DNA from: Acidobacteriota bacterium
GTDB lineage: Bacteria > Acidobacteriota > Vicinamibacteria > Vicinamibacterales > UBA8438
Direction: 5' to 3'
Assembly (NCBI GenBank): GCA_002712885.1
Contig: PAUN01000021.1
Span: 45,804 to 109,803, forward strand
Length of the DNA stretch: 64,000 nt
How positions within the stretch are numbered: the first letter of the stretch is position 1; each line of letters begins with the position of its first letter. Below are positions 27,237-37,895 of this stretch, piece after piece. The position numbers and the translations under genes were made by a program. The notes beneath the pieces were generated by a model, which worked only from the letters and a program-made list of their open reading frames with translations, was not told the DNA's origin and made no database searches.

Positions 27237-29078
27237 GTGCTGGCCGCGGGATTGTCGGTGTACGCCCTCTACTGGACGGTGCGCATCGTCCCGGCGCAGA
27301 TCTATCGCGTCAGCTTTCTGCTCATCTCCCTGGTCCTGACGTTCATTCTGTATCCCGCGCGGTCGGTGTCGCGGGGACGGGTGGCAGCACTCGACTGGGC
27401 TCTGGCCGCCGTCACGGTGGCGGTGCTGGCCTTTCCGATCTTCGACTTCCAAGAGTTCGTGCGTCGGGCGGCGACTCCTACCGGACTCGACATCGCCTTC
27501 GGTGCCATCACCACCCTACTCGTGCTCGAAGCCACGCGGCGCACGGTCGGCTGGATTCTCCCCGTCACTGCCGTCACGTTTCTGCTGTATGGCTACTACG
27601 GCCCCTACTTCGAGCTGATCGGCATGGAGCTGTTCGCGCACCGGGGCTATACGCTGGCACGGCTGGTCGGCACCCTGTACATGACCCTGGAGGGCATCTT
27701 CGGCGTCCCCCTGAACGTGGCCGCCACCTATATCGTCCTGTTCACGATATTCGGCGCCATGCTGCAATACTCGGGCGCGGGGCAGTTCTTCATCACCTGG
27801 ACGATGTCCGCCTTCGGCCGCTCCAAGAGTGGCGCCGGACCTGGCCGTACGGTCGCCATGTCGGGCTTCCTGCTCGGCACGGTGTCCGGCAGCGGGGTCG
27901 CCACCACGGTGACCCTCGGGGCCGTGGCCTGGCCGATGCTGCGACGCGCCGGGTTCTCGCCGGAGGTCGGGGGAGGCATCCTCTCGGCCAGCGGCATCGG
28001 TGCCATCATGGCGCCGCCCACCATGGGCGCCGCCGCCTTCCTCATCGCCGAGTTCCTGAAGGTGACCTACCTGCAGGTGATCGTGATGGCCATCGTGCCG
28101 GCCGTGCTCTACTACCTGTCCATTGTGTTGATGATCGAGGCCGACGCCCGGCGACTCGGCACGCAGGCGGTCGACATGGACCTGCCGTCGATCCGAGAAC
28201 TGACCCGACGATCCGGCTATCAATTTCTGCCCCTCATCGCCATGGTCGTCTTTCTGGTGTCAGGCATGACCCCCTTCCGCGCGGTGTTTCTGGCCACGAT
28301 GCTGGCGATCGCGCTCAGCTTCGTCCGGCGCGAAACCGCCCTGAGACCGAAGCGGCTCGTCACGGCCCTTGAAACCGGGGGACGTGCGGTGCTCGGGGTG
28401 GTCGCCACCACCGCCACGGCCGGCGTGATCGTCGGCGTCGTCACGTTGACCGGACTGGGCCTGAAGATTTCGAACATCATCGTGGATCTGGCCGGCGGCA
28501 GCGTCTTCTTCACGGTGTTCTATGCGGCAGTGGCAGTCTGGATGCTGGGCTTGGCCGTGCCGGTCACCGCCTCCTACATCATCGCGGCGGTGATGATCGC
28601 GCCAGCCTTGACCGAGGTCGGGGTACCGGAGGCGGCGGCGCACATGTTCATCTTCTACTACGCGGTGCTGTCCGAGGTCAGTCCACCGACGGCCTTGTCG
28701 CCGTTCGCGGCGGCAGCCATCACCGGCGGCAACCCGTTCAAGACGATGATGCTGACCTGGAAGTACACCTTGCCGGCGTTCCTGGTACCGTTCGCATTCA
28801 CGTTGAGTCCGGAGGGGCTTGGCGTGCTGCTCCAGGCGCCGCTGGTGGACACCATCAAGACCGTGTCGACCGCCGTGGTCGGCATCCTGGCGCTGGCGAT
28901 GGGGTTTGGTGGGTGGCTGCGACAGGCGGCTACGATGGTCGAACGGACGATCGCGGTAGCTGGTGGGTTGTTGCTGTTTTACGCGACGACGACAACCGAC
29001 CTGGTCGGCGCCGTGCTATTCGTCGCTGCTATCGCGTTACACCTGAGTCGAACGAAGGGCCCCGCTGCGATCGCGTAG
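27237..29078 (+). CDS. TRAP transporter fused (DctQ-DctM-like) permease, TAXI-associated
   Basis: 613-aa polytopic membrane protein adjacent to the TAXI SBP, with GSGVATTVTLG and AAFLIAEF regions typical of the 4TM/12TM fusion permease. GTG start. Confidence 0.85.
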   Translation: MLAAGLSVYALYWTVRIVPAQIYRVSFLLISLVLTFILYPARSVSRGRVAALDWALAAVTVAVLAFPIFDFQEFVRRAATPTGLDIAFGAITTLLVLEATRRTVGWILPVTAVTFLLYGYYGPYFELIGMELFAHRGYTLARLVGTLYMTLEGIFGVPLNVAATYIVLFTIFGAMLQYSGAGQFFITWTMSAFGRSKSGAGPGRTVAMSGFLLGTVSGSGVATTVTLGAVAWPMLRRAGFSPEVGGGILSASGIGAIMAPPTMGAAAFLIAEFLKVTYLQVIVMAIVPAVLYYLSIVLMIEADARRLGTQAVDMDLPSIRELTRRSGYQFLPLIAMVVFLVSGMTPFRAVFLATMLAIALSFVRRETALRPKRLVTALETGGRAVLGVVATTATAGVIVGVVTLTGLGLKISNIIVDLAGGSVFFTVFYAAVAVWMLGLAVPVTASYIIAAVMIAPALTEVGVPEAAAHMFIFYYAVLSEVSPPTALSPFAAAAITGGNPFKTMMLTWKYTLPAFLVPFAFTLSPEGLGVLLQAPLVDTIKTVSTAVVGILALAMGFGGWLRQAATMVERTIAVAGGLLLFYATTTTDLVGAVLFVAAIALHLSRTKGPAAIA

Positions 29079-29112
29079 CCGCACGGCGGCCGGTCTTCAG
29101 AGCGCCCCCCCG

Positions 29113-29141
29113 GGGCGGGTCTCGAGACCCGCTGCTACGAA
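29113..29141. repeat. C-type hairpin motif GGGCGGGTC-TCGA-GACCCGC-TGCTACGAA (copy C2), possible terminator after the TRAP permease
   Basis: Perfect 7-bp stem and 4-nt loop, 35 nt after the TAG of the permease. Same motif and flank as 1372-1400. Confidence 0.55.
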
Positions 29142-29206
29142 TGACGACACGACCTCTTCAATGCCCGTTTGATGCCAGAGGCTTCACGTCGACGCGAGAC
29201 GCCCTA

Positions 29207-29223
29207 GCGGGGACCCCGAGTGC
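29207..29223 (+). repeat. B-type module fragment, inverted (B4)
   Basis: GCGGGGACCCCGAGTGC is the exact reverse complement of the first 17 nt of B1 (GCACTCGGGGTCCCCGC). Confidence 0.6.
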
Positions 29224-29290
29224 CCCACACCGCGTCCGCGAGGCTGACGAGGGAAAGCAACGAAGCCAAACGCTCCCCGGACCCACCCCC

Positions 29291-29394
29291 GTTTTCCTGG
29301 CGAGGCGTTCGTCTGGCAAAGCGCGAGGAGGGAGCAGACAGGCGGTCTGTGACCGACGAAGCAACGCCGCCAGACGGACGCCTCGCCAGGAAAA

Positions 29395-29395
<1 letters not shown>
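29291..29395 (-). repeat. A-type ~105-bp palindromic intergenic repeat, full copy A4
   Basis: GTTTTCCTGGCGAGGCGTTCGTCTGGC...GCCAGACGGACGCCTCGCCAGGAAAAC, with inner hairpin CAGAC-AGGCG-GTCTG. The last base is shared with the TAG stop of ettA. Confidence 0.85.
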
Positions 29396-31071
<1,676 letters not shown>

Positions 31072-31276
31072 TCAGATCTTCCAGAAAACAAAAATCAACA
31101 GGACGTCAGAGCCAGGAAAATACGATACAGTCACGGTCGCCCGAGCATGCGCGGTGCGGCACGGCCCAGGGTTGTCCAACCGGGTCCCGCATCGTGTCCG
31201 ACGGCGAACCAGTTTACTGCATGTCAGATTCGCCACCGGTGGCAACCGCGCCGGGGGCCCTCACCCGGGAGTGAGT

Positions 31277-32299
31277 GTGAAGAAGCGTCGCGTGCTCGCC
31301 CTCCTACACGAGTATCTGGTCCCCCCTGACGACGTCCGCGGCGTTGACGTGGTCAATGCCAGTTGGAAGACCGAGTATGACGTCACGAACACGCTGGCCG
31401 CGATGGGACACGACGTCTACATCGTCGGGCTGGACGACACCCTGGAGGTCATCACCGAGGCGATGGCGGAGGTGAGGCCACACCTCGCCTTCAACTTGAT
31501 GGAGGCATTTCACGAAGTCGGCACGTTCGACCAGAACGTGGTGAGTCACCTCGAACTCCTGCGGTTGCGCTATACCGGCTGCAACCCGCGCGGCATGATT
31601 TTGTCGCGCGACAAGGCGCTGGCAAAAAAGGTCCTGACCTACGATGGCATTCCGATTCCGGCGTTCACCATCGTGCCGGTGGGTCGTCCGGCCCGTCGAC
31701 CGAGCCGCCTCACCTACCCACTCATAGTGAAGTCCCTGACCCAGGATGCCTCCTACGGCATCTCACAAGCCTCGGTGGTCACCAACGACGCCAAACTCAC
31801 GGAACGTGTGACGTATGTCCACGACGGCCTCGGCACCGACGCCATCGTCGAGCAGTACATCGAGGGACGCGAGCTATATGTGGGGGTCCTCGGGAATGAC
31901 CGCCTGCGCGCATTCCCGGTCTGGGAGATGAAGTTCACCGACATGCCGCGAGACCTGCACCGCATCGCCACCGAACGGGTCAAGTGGAGTGGGTCCTATC
32001 AGCAGAAACACGGCATCCGCTGTGGCCGGGCTCGCCTGCCGCGTCGCGGCATGGCCGAGTATCTGCAGCATCTCGCCACCCGCACGTTTCACTCGCTGCA
32101 AATGAACGGGTACGGCCGGATCGACATCCGGCTGGACGCCGACGGGCAGCCGTGGGTGCTGGAGGCGAACGCGAATCCTCAGCTCGCCTACGGCGAAGAC
32201 TTCGCCGAGTCGGCCCACCACGACGGTGTGCCGTACGAAGCGTTGCTGCAACAGATTCTGGATGCCGGAATGCAGTGGAAAGCAGACAAAGCCGGATAG
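31277..32299 (+). CDS. D-alanine--D-alanine-ligase-like ATP-grasp enzyme (non-canonical Ddl paralogue)
   Basis: ATP-grasp core (SRDKALAKKVL, PLIVKSLTQDASYGIS, VEQYIEGRELYVGVLGN, GRIDIRLDADGQPWVLEANANP). The N-terminus lacks the canonical Ddl GGxSxEhxVS. GTG start at 31277. Confidence 0.7.
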   Translation: MKKRRVLALLHEYLVPPDDVRGVDVVNASWKTEYDVTNTLAAMGHDVYIVGLDDTLEVITEAMAEVRPHLAFNLMEAFHEVGTFDQNVVSHLELLRLRYTGCNPRGMILSRDKALAKKVLTYDGIPIPAFTIVPVGRPARRPSRLTYPLIVKSLTQDASYGISQASVVTNDAKLTERVTYVHDGLGTDAIVEQYIEGRELYVGVLGNDRLRAFPVWEMKFTDMPRDLHRIATERVKWSGSYQQKHGIRCGRARLPRRGMAEYLQHLATRTFHSLQMNGYGRIDIRLDADGQPWVLEANANPQLAYGEDFAESAHHDGVPYEALLQQILDAGMQWKADKAG

Positions 32300-32324
32300 C
32301 CCACCCCTGAGCGGGGACTGGGTG

Positions 32325-33044
32325 CTACTGGAGCGTGAACTCCACCATCGTCGTCTCGCCGGCGGCGACCGTGACCGATCGCGGCTGAGCGCCCAACGTC
32401 TCGTGCCAGATCGTCACCTCGTGGGTGCCGGCCGGCACGTTCTCAATCGTGAACATGCCGTCTGGCATGCTGACGACGCCCCGGTCGTTGCTGACCACTA
32501 CCCAACCGCGCATCCAGGTGTGGGAGTCGCACTCGATCCGCACCGCGCCGGGCCGGCGCAACGGCCGGGTGACATTCATGCCGGCGAACGGCATCGCGAT
32601 GTTGAAATCCGTACGATTTCGGTCGTCGTAGGCGTGCGTTGAGTGCAGCGTGTCGTCGGCGCTCGTGATTTCGAGCTGGCTCCGGGTTCTCGCGATTTGG
32701 ACATGCGGCACGAACCGGCAGTCGACATTGTTTATCGTCGGTGGAGGCCCGTCATCGGGCCAGGCCAAGCCGGTCACCCTGACCACCGCGTTCGCCACGT
32801 GTCCATCGGAATCCGCGACGATGGTCTCGTTGGGCGCGGTGTCACCGCACACCGTTTGGTCCGCGGTCGCCGCCAGCGTGCTCGGTGGCGGCGGGTCATT
32901 CATGGTCACCACACCGGTGATGGTGCCGGTGCCCTGAGCCCCACCCGCGAGGCCTGTGACCGCCATGAGCGCGCCGGCGGTCGCCAGTGCCGTCATCAAA
33001 ATACCGACGCGGCGGCGCCTGTCCATGGGTCTACTGTACCCCAC
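32325..33044 (-). CDS. secreted (Tat-like signal) cupredoxin-like protein with carboxypeptidase-regulatory-like beta-sandwich segments
   Basis: DRRRRVGILMTALATAGA is a twin-Arg signal. HSTHAY...IECDSHTWMRG is a His...Cys-x2-His-x2-Met pattern. GTITGVVT and FTIENVPAGTHEVTIWHETLG are CarboxypepD_reg-like motifs. Confidence 0.55.
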   Translation of the reverse strand: MGYSRPMDRRRRVGILMTALATAGALMAVTGLAGGAQGTGTITGVVTMNDPPPPSTLAATADQTVCGDTAPNETIVADSDGHVANAVVRVTGLAWPDDGPPPTINNVDCRFVPHVQIARTRSQLEITSADDTLHSTHAYDDRNRTDFNIAMPFAGMNVTRPLRRPGAVRIECDSHTWMRGWVVVSNDRGVVSMPDGMFTIENVPAGTHEVTIWHETLGAQPRSVTVAAGETTMVEFTLQ

Positions 33045-33084
33045 CGCCCGAACGACCGCGGGGGAAGAGACCGGCTGCTAGTGG

Positions 33085-34935
33085 TCAGCTCCGCACCTTT
33101 GGCATCTCCACCGGCTCCGGTTCCGGCGTGAAGTCCTCGCCGGGGTTGATGAAGCGGTCTTCTTCGAACCGGTACTGCGTGTCGTAGAGCTCCCGATATC
33201 TGCCCTCCGCCGCCAGTAGCTCGGCGTGGGTGCCGCGCTCGACAATCTGCCCGTGCTCGAGCACCAGGATCTGGTCCGCGCTCTGAATCGTGGACAGACG
33301 GTGGGCGATGACAAAGGTCGTGCGGCCCCGCCGAAGGGCGCGCAACCCGTCTTGAATCAACGACTCACTCTCGCTGTCGAGACTCGACGTCGCCTCGTCG
33401 AGAATCAGAATGCGGGGATCGGCCAGGATTGCCCGCGCGATGGCGACCCGTTGCCGCTGCCCCCCGGACAGCTTGATGCCGCGCTCCCCGACGATGGTGT
33501 CGTATCCCTCCGGGAACCCCCGAATGAATTCGGCGGCGTGTGCAATGCGACTGACCTCCTCGACCTCAGCCCGGGTCGCGTGGCGTCGCGCAAAGCTGAT
33601 ATTTGAGGCAACGGAGCCGTCGAATAGAAAATTCTCCTGGAGCACGACGCCCAATTGACGCCGAAAATCGGCAAGTTTCAGGGTCGAGAGGTCACGACCG
33701 TCCACCAGTACCCGCCCTTCCTGCGGCCGGTTGAACGCCATGACCAGACTGACCAGTGTGCTCTTGCCGGAGCCGCTTGACCCGACCAACGCAGTCGTCG
33801 TGCCGGCCGGCGCCGACAGCGACACATTCCGCAGCACCGACTCACCCTCGTTGTACGCGAAGGTCACCCCGTCGAGCGCAACGTCCCCGCGTAGTTCCTC
33901 GATCGGCGCTCGTGACGCATCCTCATCGAGTTCGGTCGATGTGCCCAGAATCTCCCGGATCCGATCCAAGCCCGCGAACGCCTCGGTGATCTGGGTCCCG
34001 ATCGAGGCAATAGAGATGACGGGCGCCACGACCACCCCGGTGAACACCATGTACTGCAGCATCGCGCCCACCGTCCAGTCGCCGGCAATGATGGCGCGGC
34101 CGCCCATCAAGATCATCAGCGCGCCGATCATGCCGATAGCGAGCGAGGCCGCCGACGTGCTGGCCGACACCCCGGTCACGGTTTGCGCCACGTTGCGCAA
34201 CAACCGATGCGCGCCCTTAGCGAACACCAGTTGCTCTCGCTTCTCGACGCTGTAGGCCTTGATGATCCGCACGCCGCTCAGGGTCTCGCCCAATCGGCCG
34301 GTCACCTCCGCGTTGATCTTCCCCCGTTCGCGGAACAACGGGCGCAACTTCTTGAACATGATGGTCATGACCAGGCCAAACAGGACCAGGATAATCAGGG
34401 TCACGACGGTCAACCGCCAGTTGAGGTAGAACAACGCGACCAGGCCGACCGTCGCGGTCAAGAAGCCGCCGACGAGTTGGGCGAGCCCAGTTCCCACCAG
34501 GTTGCGGATGCCCTCCGCATCCGTCATCACTCGCGAGATCAGGACACCGGTCTTGGTCGAATCGAAATAGCTGACCGGCAGTCGGGTGACGTGACGTTGC
34601 ACCCGCTTCCGCATCTCGGTAATGGCGCGCTGCGCGGCCACGCCGAGCACCTGCGACAGCGCGAACCCGGTGCTGGCCTGCACCAGGGTGGCGGCTACCG
34701 CCCCCAGCGCGAACCACAGAAGCAGGTCGGACTGTCCATTGCCGATCACATCGTCGATGACGTAACCAGACATGGCGGGCACCACAAATCCGGCCCCGCG
34801 GCTGATCAGCATCAGCACCATGCCAAGGATGAGCCTATCCCGATGCGTCCGTACGAGGGTGCGTGCCTCGGCCCAGGCGCCCGGTGTCGCGAATCCTTTT
34901 TTCTTGATCTGCTGCGGTGTGTCGTCCGCCATCAT
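33085..34935 (-). CDS. ABC exporter, fused permease/ATPase (MsbA/ABCB-like)
   Basis: Six-TM N-terminal domain followed by GSSGSGKSTLV (Walker A), LSGGQRQRVAIARA (signature), ILILDEATSSLD (Walker B) and IAHRLSTI. Confidence 0.88.
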   Translation of the reverse strand: MMADDTPQQIKKKGFATPGAWAEARTLVRTHRDRLILGMVLMLISRGAGFVVPAMSGYVIDDVIGNGQSDLLLWFALGAVAATLVQASTGFALSQVLGVAAQRAITEMRKRVQRHVTRLPVSYFDSTKTGVLISRVMTDAEGIRNLVGTGLAQLVGGFLTATVGLVALFYLNWRLTVVTLIILVLFGLVMTIMFKKLRPLFRERGKINAEVTGRLGETLSGVRIIKAYSVEKREQLVFAKGAHRLLRNVAQTVTGVSASTSAASLAIGMIGALMILMGGRAIIAGDWTVGAMLQYMVFTGVVVAPVISIASIGTQITEAFAGLDRIREILGTSTELDEDASRAPIEELRGDVALDGVTFAYNEGESVLRNVSLSAPAGTTTALVGSSGSGKSTLVSLVMAFNRPQEGRVLVDGRDLSTLKLADFRRQLGVVLQENFLFDGSVASNISFARRHATRAEVEEVSRIAHAAEFIRGFPEGYDTIVGERGIKLSGGQRQRVAIARAILADPRILILDEATSSLDSESESLIQDGLRALRRGRTTFVIAHRLSTIQSADQILVLEHGQIVERGTHAELLAAEGRYRELYDTQYRFEEDRFINPGEDFTPEPEPVEMPKVRS

Positions 34936-35051
34936 TCCCCGAATCTGTCGAGATCGAGCGTACGGTGCCTCGCGCAGCGGCATGCGTGGCCAGGGACCTG
35001 ATCACCGGCGGCGACGTGAGCGCCTCGATTGTACCGTATTAGACTTTCGCC

Positions 35052-36137
35052 ATGGCTACACCTGGCCGGCGTATCTTGCACCTCGATATGGACGCGTTTT
35101 ACACGTCGGTCGAGCAACGGGATAACCCGACCATCCGGGGCAAGCCGGTCGCGGTGGGCGGTCGTCCGGAAGGCCGCGGAGTGGTCGCCGCCGCCAGCTA
35201 TGAAGCACGCACCTTCGGGGTGCGATCCGCCATGTCGATGACCAAGGCGGTTCGCTTGTGTCCGGAGCTGATCATCGTGAAACCTGACTTCGGCCGTTAC
35301 CGCACGGTCTCGTCGCAGATCTTCGAGATGTACCGATCCGTGACGCCTCTAGTCGAGCCGCTGTCGCTTGACGAGGCGTATCTGGATGTCACGGAGAACC
35401 GGTGGGGTGAACCGTTGGCCACGACGGTGGCGAAACGACTCAAGCGCTGGGTCCACGCCGAGACGCATTTGACCGTCTCGGCCGGCGCCGCGCCCAACAA
35501 GTTCCTGGCCAAGATTGCGTCGGACTGGGACAAGCCAGATGGACTAACCGTCATCCCAACGCAACGCGTGGAGGCCTTTCTCCAGCAACTGCCGGTCGAG
35601 GCGCTGTGGGGGGTCGGCCCCGTCACCGCCAGACGGCTCCGCGCCGCCGGCATCACCCAGCTCGTTGACGTGCGCGCCGTCCCGGTTGACGTGTTGCGGA
35701 GCACTGTAGGGAGTCAGGCCGACTGGTTGCATCGGCTCGCCGAGGGGATCGACGACCGGCCGGTCACCCCAAACCGATCAGCCAAGTCATCCGGCTCGGA
35801 GAATACCTACGCCGAAGACCTCACGAACCTCGACACGATTCGGACCGAGGTGGACCGGATGGCGCGACGCGGCGCCGACTGGCTCGGACGCAAGACACTG
35901 TGCGCCCGGACCGTCACCGTCAAGGTCCGATATTCGGACTTCACTACCATCACGCGGAGCCACAGCGAACGACCGGCGACGCGGGACGCCGATCGCCTGG
36001 CCGCCCGCGCGCTGCGACTGGTCGACGGCACCGAGGCAGGCGGCCGCCCGGTCCGCCTGCTCGGAGTCAGCCTGCACAACCTCATGTGCGACGAGGAGGT
36101 CGGCCAAGAGCCGGGGCACCAAACCTTACCGTTATGA
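35052..36137 (+). CDS. dinB: DNA polymerase IV (Y-family)
   Basis: ILHLDMDAFYTSVEQRDNP, VAVGG...GVVAAASYEARTFGVRSAM, SLDEAYLDVT and VSAGAAPNKFLAKIASD are present. Confidence 0.92.
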   Translation: MATPGRRILHLDMDAFYTSVEQRDNPTIRGKPVAVGGRPEGRGVVAAASYEARTFGVRSAMSMTKAVRLCPELIIVKPDFGRYRTVSSQIFEMYRSVTPLVEPLSLDEAYLDVTENRWGEPLATTVAKRLKRWVHAETHLTVSAGAAPNKFLAKIASDWDKPDGLTVIPTQRVEAFLQQLPVEALWGVGPVTARRLRAAGITQLVDVRAVPVDVLRSTVGSQADWLHRLAEGIDDRPVTPNRSAKSSGSENTYAEDLTNLDTIRTEVDRMARRGADWLGRKTLCARTVTVKVRYSDFTTITRSHSERPATRDADRLAARALRLVDGTEAGGRPVRLLGVSLHNLMCDEEVGQEPGHQTLPL

Positions 36138-36165
36138 CCGGGGCGGTTGCGAGTAAGATCCGGGC

Positions 36166-36408
36166 ATGCTCAAAGGCAGCCGGGCCGGCATCCTCAAGAA
36201 AGTGCAGCCCCTCAGCATCCACGGACAGATTTCTTGGGACGTCTTCTTCATCGACGCCGATGAAGAGGATGGGGTGCTCCAGATGGCACGGGTCGGCCCC
36301 GAGGCCGTCGACCAAAACTTGGAGCCGGGCGACCGGATTACGCTGCAATATCTGCTGGGCAGCGTGACCAGCGTGACCCGCGACACGACCGAACGCCAAG
36401 GACACTAA
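36166..36408 (+). CDS. small hypothetical protein (80 aa)
   Basis: Balanced, acidic composition unlike antisense artefacts. Lies directly downstream of dinB on the same strand. Confidence 0.4.
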   Translation: MLKGSRAGILKKVQPLSIHGQISWDVFFIDADEEDGVLQMARVGPEAVDQNLEPGDRITLQYLLGSVTSVTRDTTERQGH

Positions 36409-36479
36409 TCAAGAGAACCTTGCCATCTTCGGGCGGCGCTCGTGGTGGGGAGGACAAGACGCGACGAAGGAGTCTGGGA

Positions 36480-37811
36480 TCACCCGCCCAGATCGAGCGC
36501 CATGATCTGGGCCCGATCACGCACGTACAGCCGGGTGCCCACCAACGTGGGAGCGGTCCACGCTGTCGTCTCCAACAGCTCGGCCGACGCGAGCACGGTC
36601 ATCCCATCCGGCGACAACCGGGCAAGCACCAGCTGCCCGTCCTCCGTAAGCATGATGGCCTTCCCGTCGGCATGCACAAAGCTAGACCGACCGTATCCTC
36701 GGAGGCGCCAGACCTCCTCGCCGGTGGTCACGTTGAGCGCCACCTGGAACGTCGGGCCGAAATCGCCGCTGCTCCCATAGACGTAGTCGCCAAGCCGCAA
36801 CACGTTGCCGAACATCGCTTTCAGCCCGTTGGTGTAGTACAGCTCCTCGACCTGCGTGCCTGCACCATCCCGTGTCAGCCGGATGGCACGGCTGCCGCTG
36901 TTATAGGCGGCAGTCATGAACAGCACGTTGTCATCACCCCAGACCGGCGTGCTGTTGTTCATGTCGCCCTGGGTCTCGTGCCCGTGGGTCCACAACACGT
37001 CGCCCGTGTCCGGGTCGAGGCCATTGATGGTCTGGCCGCCGTAGACAATGAGCTGGGTCTGACCGTCCACATCCACCAGAATTGGAGTGGCGGGTGCGAT
37101 CAGGAACTGGCCGCTCCGCCACACCAATGTCCCATCGTCCTGGCGGAACGCCATGACCGACTGGTCGGACCCACCCGCGGTGACGATGACGAGGTGCTCG
37201 TGGGCGGTCGGGCTCGTCCCGTAGCCCGCCTTCACGGCCGGCCGGACCAGCGTGGGTGGGGCACCGAAATCAGTCACCAGATCGTGCGACCACAACACCT
37301 CGCCGGTACGTTTGTCGAAGGCGTGCAGCTGCTTGTTGGTACCGGTCGTGAAGACCCGCTCCCGGACGACCAACGGGCTGGCGTGCGGACCGGCGCCGAA
37401 GCGAAAATTCAACGGTGCCGAAGGGTACGTATACTCCCACACCGTGACTCCGGTGGCCGCGTCGAGCGCGACCACCGTTTCCTCATTCGCCCACGGCTCC
37501 CCCTCGGCGCCCGGGCGATACATCGTGAACAGGCGTCCGTTGTCGACGATGACCGAGGAATGACCCGGCCCCAGTGGACGGCTCCACACCTGCGTGGGCC
37601 CACTCTCCGGCCAGTTCTCGGCCAGACCGCTCGCCTCGACCTGAAAATCCCGACCCGGCCCTCCAAACTGGCGCCATTCGCCCTGCGCGGCGTAGTCGCT
37701 GTCGCCCTGAGCCTCGGCAGCCCGGGGATGCTGGATCACGAAGAGTCCCAGCATTGTCAATACGGTGATGCACCGCCCCCGACCACGCCTGCGTCTGTAA
37801 TGTGGCAACAT
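36480..37811 (-). CDS. secreted PQQ-like (BamB-like) beta-propeller repeat protein
   Basis: Repeated ...G.VLW/VWR...DG.L...A.D..TG... blades (e.g. LDAATGVTVWEY, FDKRTGEVLWSH, LDPDTGDVLWTH, NVTTGEEVWRL). Arg-rich signal after ATG 37811. Confidence 0.7.
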   Translation of the reverse strand: MLPHYRRRRGRGRCITVLTMLGLFVIQHPRAAEAQGDSDYAAQGEWRQFGGPGRDFQVEASGLAENWPESGPTQVWSRPLGPGHSSVIVDNGRLFTMYRPGAEGEPWANEETVVALDAATGVTVWEYTYPSAPLNFRFGAGPHASPLVVRERVFTTGTNKQLHAFDKRTGEVLWSHDLVTDFGAPPTLVRPAVKAGYGTSPTAHEHLVIVTAGGSDQSVMAFRQDDGTLVWRSGQFLIAPATPILVDVDGQTQLIVYGGQTINGLDPDTGDVLWTHGHETQGDMNNSTPVWGDDNVLFMTAAYNSGSRAIRLTRDGAGTQVEELYYTNGLKAMFGNVLRLGDYVYGSSGDFGPTFQVALNVTTGEEVWRLRGYGRSSFVHADGKAIMLTEDGQLVLARLSPDGMTVLASAELLETTAWTAPTLVGTRLYVRDRAQIMALDLGG

Positions 37812-37895
37812 CTCGCCAGTGTACCTGAATGGCGCGTGACCCACGAGAAGCCCTTGTGGTAAGAAGAGACAACGTGTCCCCTGGTCTTTCTCCCC

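Noticed and set aside
26885-28372. 495-aa ORF on the plus strand in an alternative frame
   Set aside because: It is out of frame with the TAXI SBP 3' end and the TRAP permease. It is Arg/Pro/Gly-rich and non-membrane-like, whereas the 27237 frame encodes a coherent polytopic permease.
36420-37862. 480-aa ORF on the plus strand
   Set aside because: It is antisense to the PQQ-like propeller gene, whose repeat structure and signal peptide make it the credible frame.
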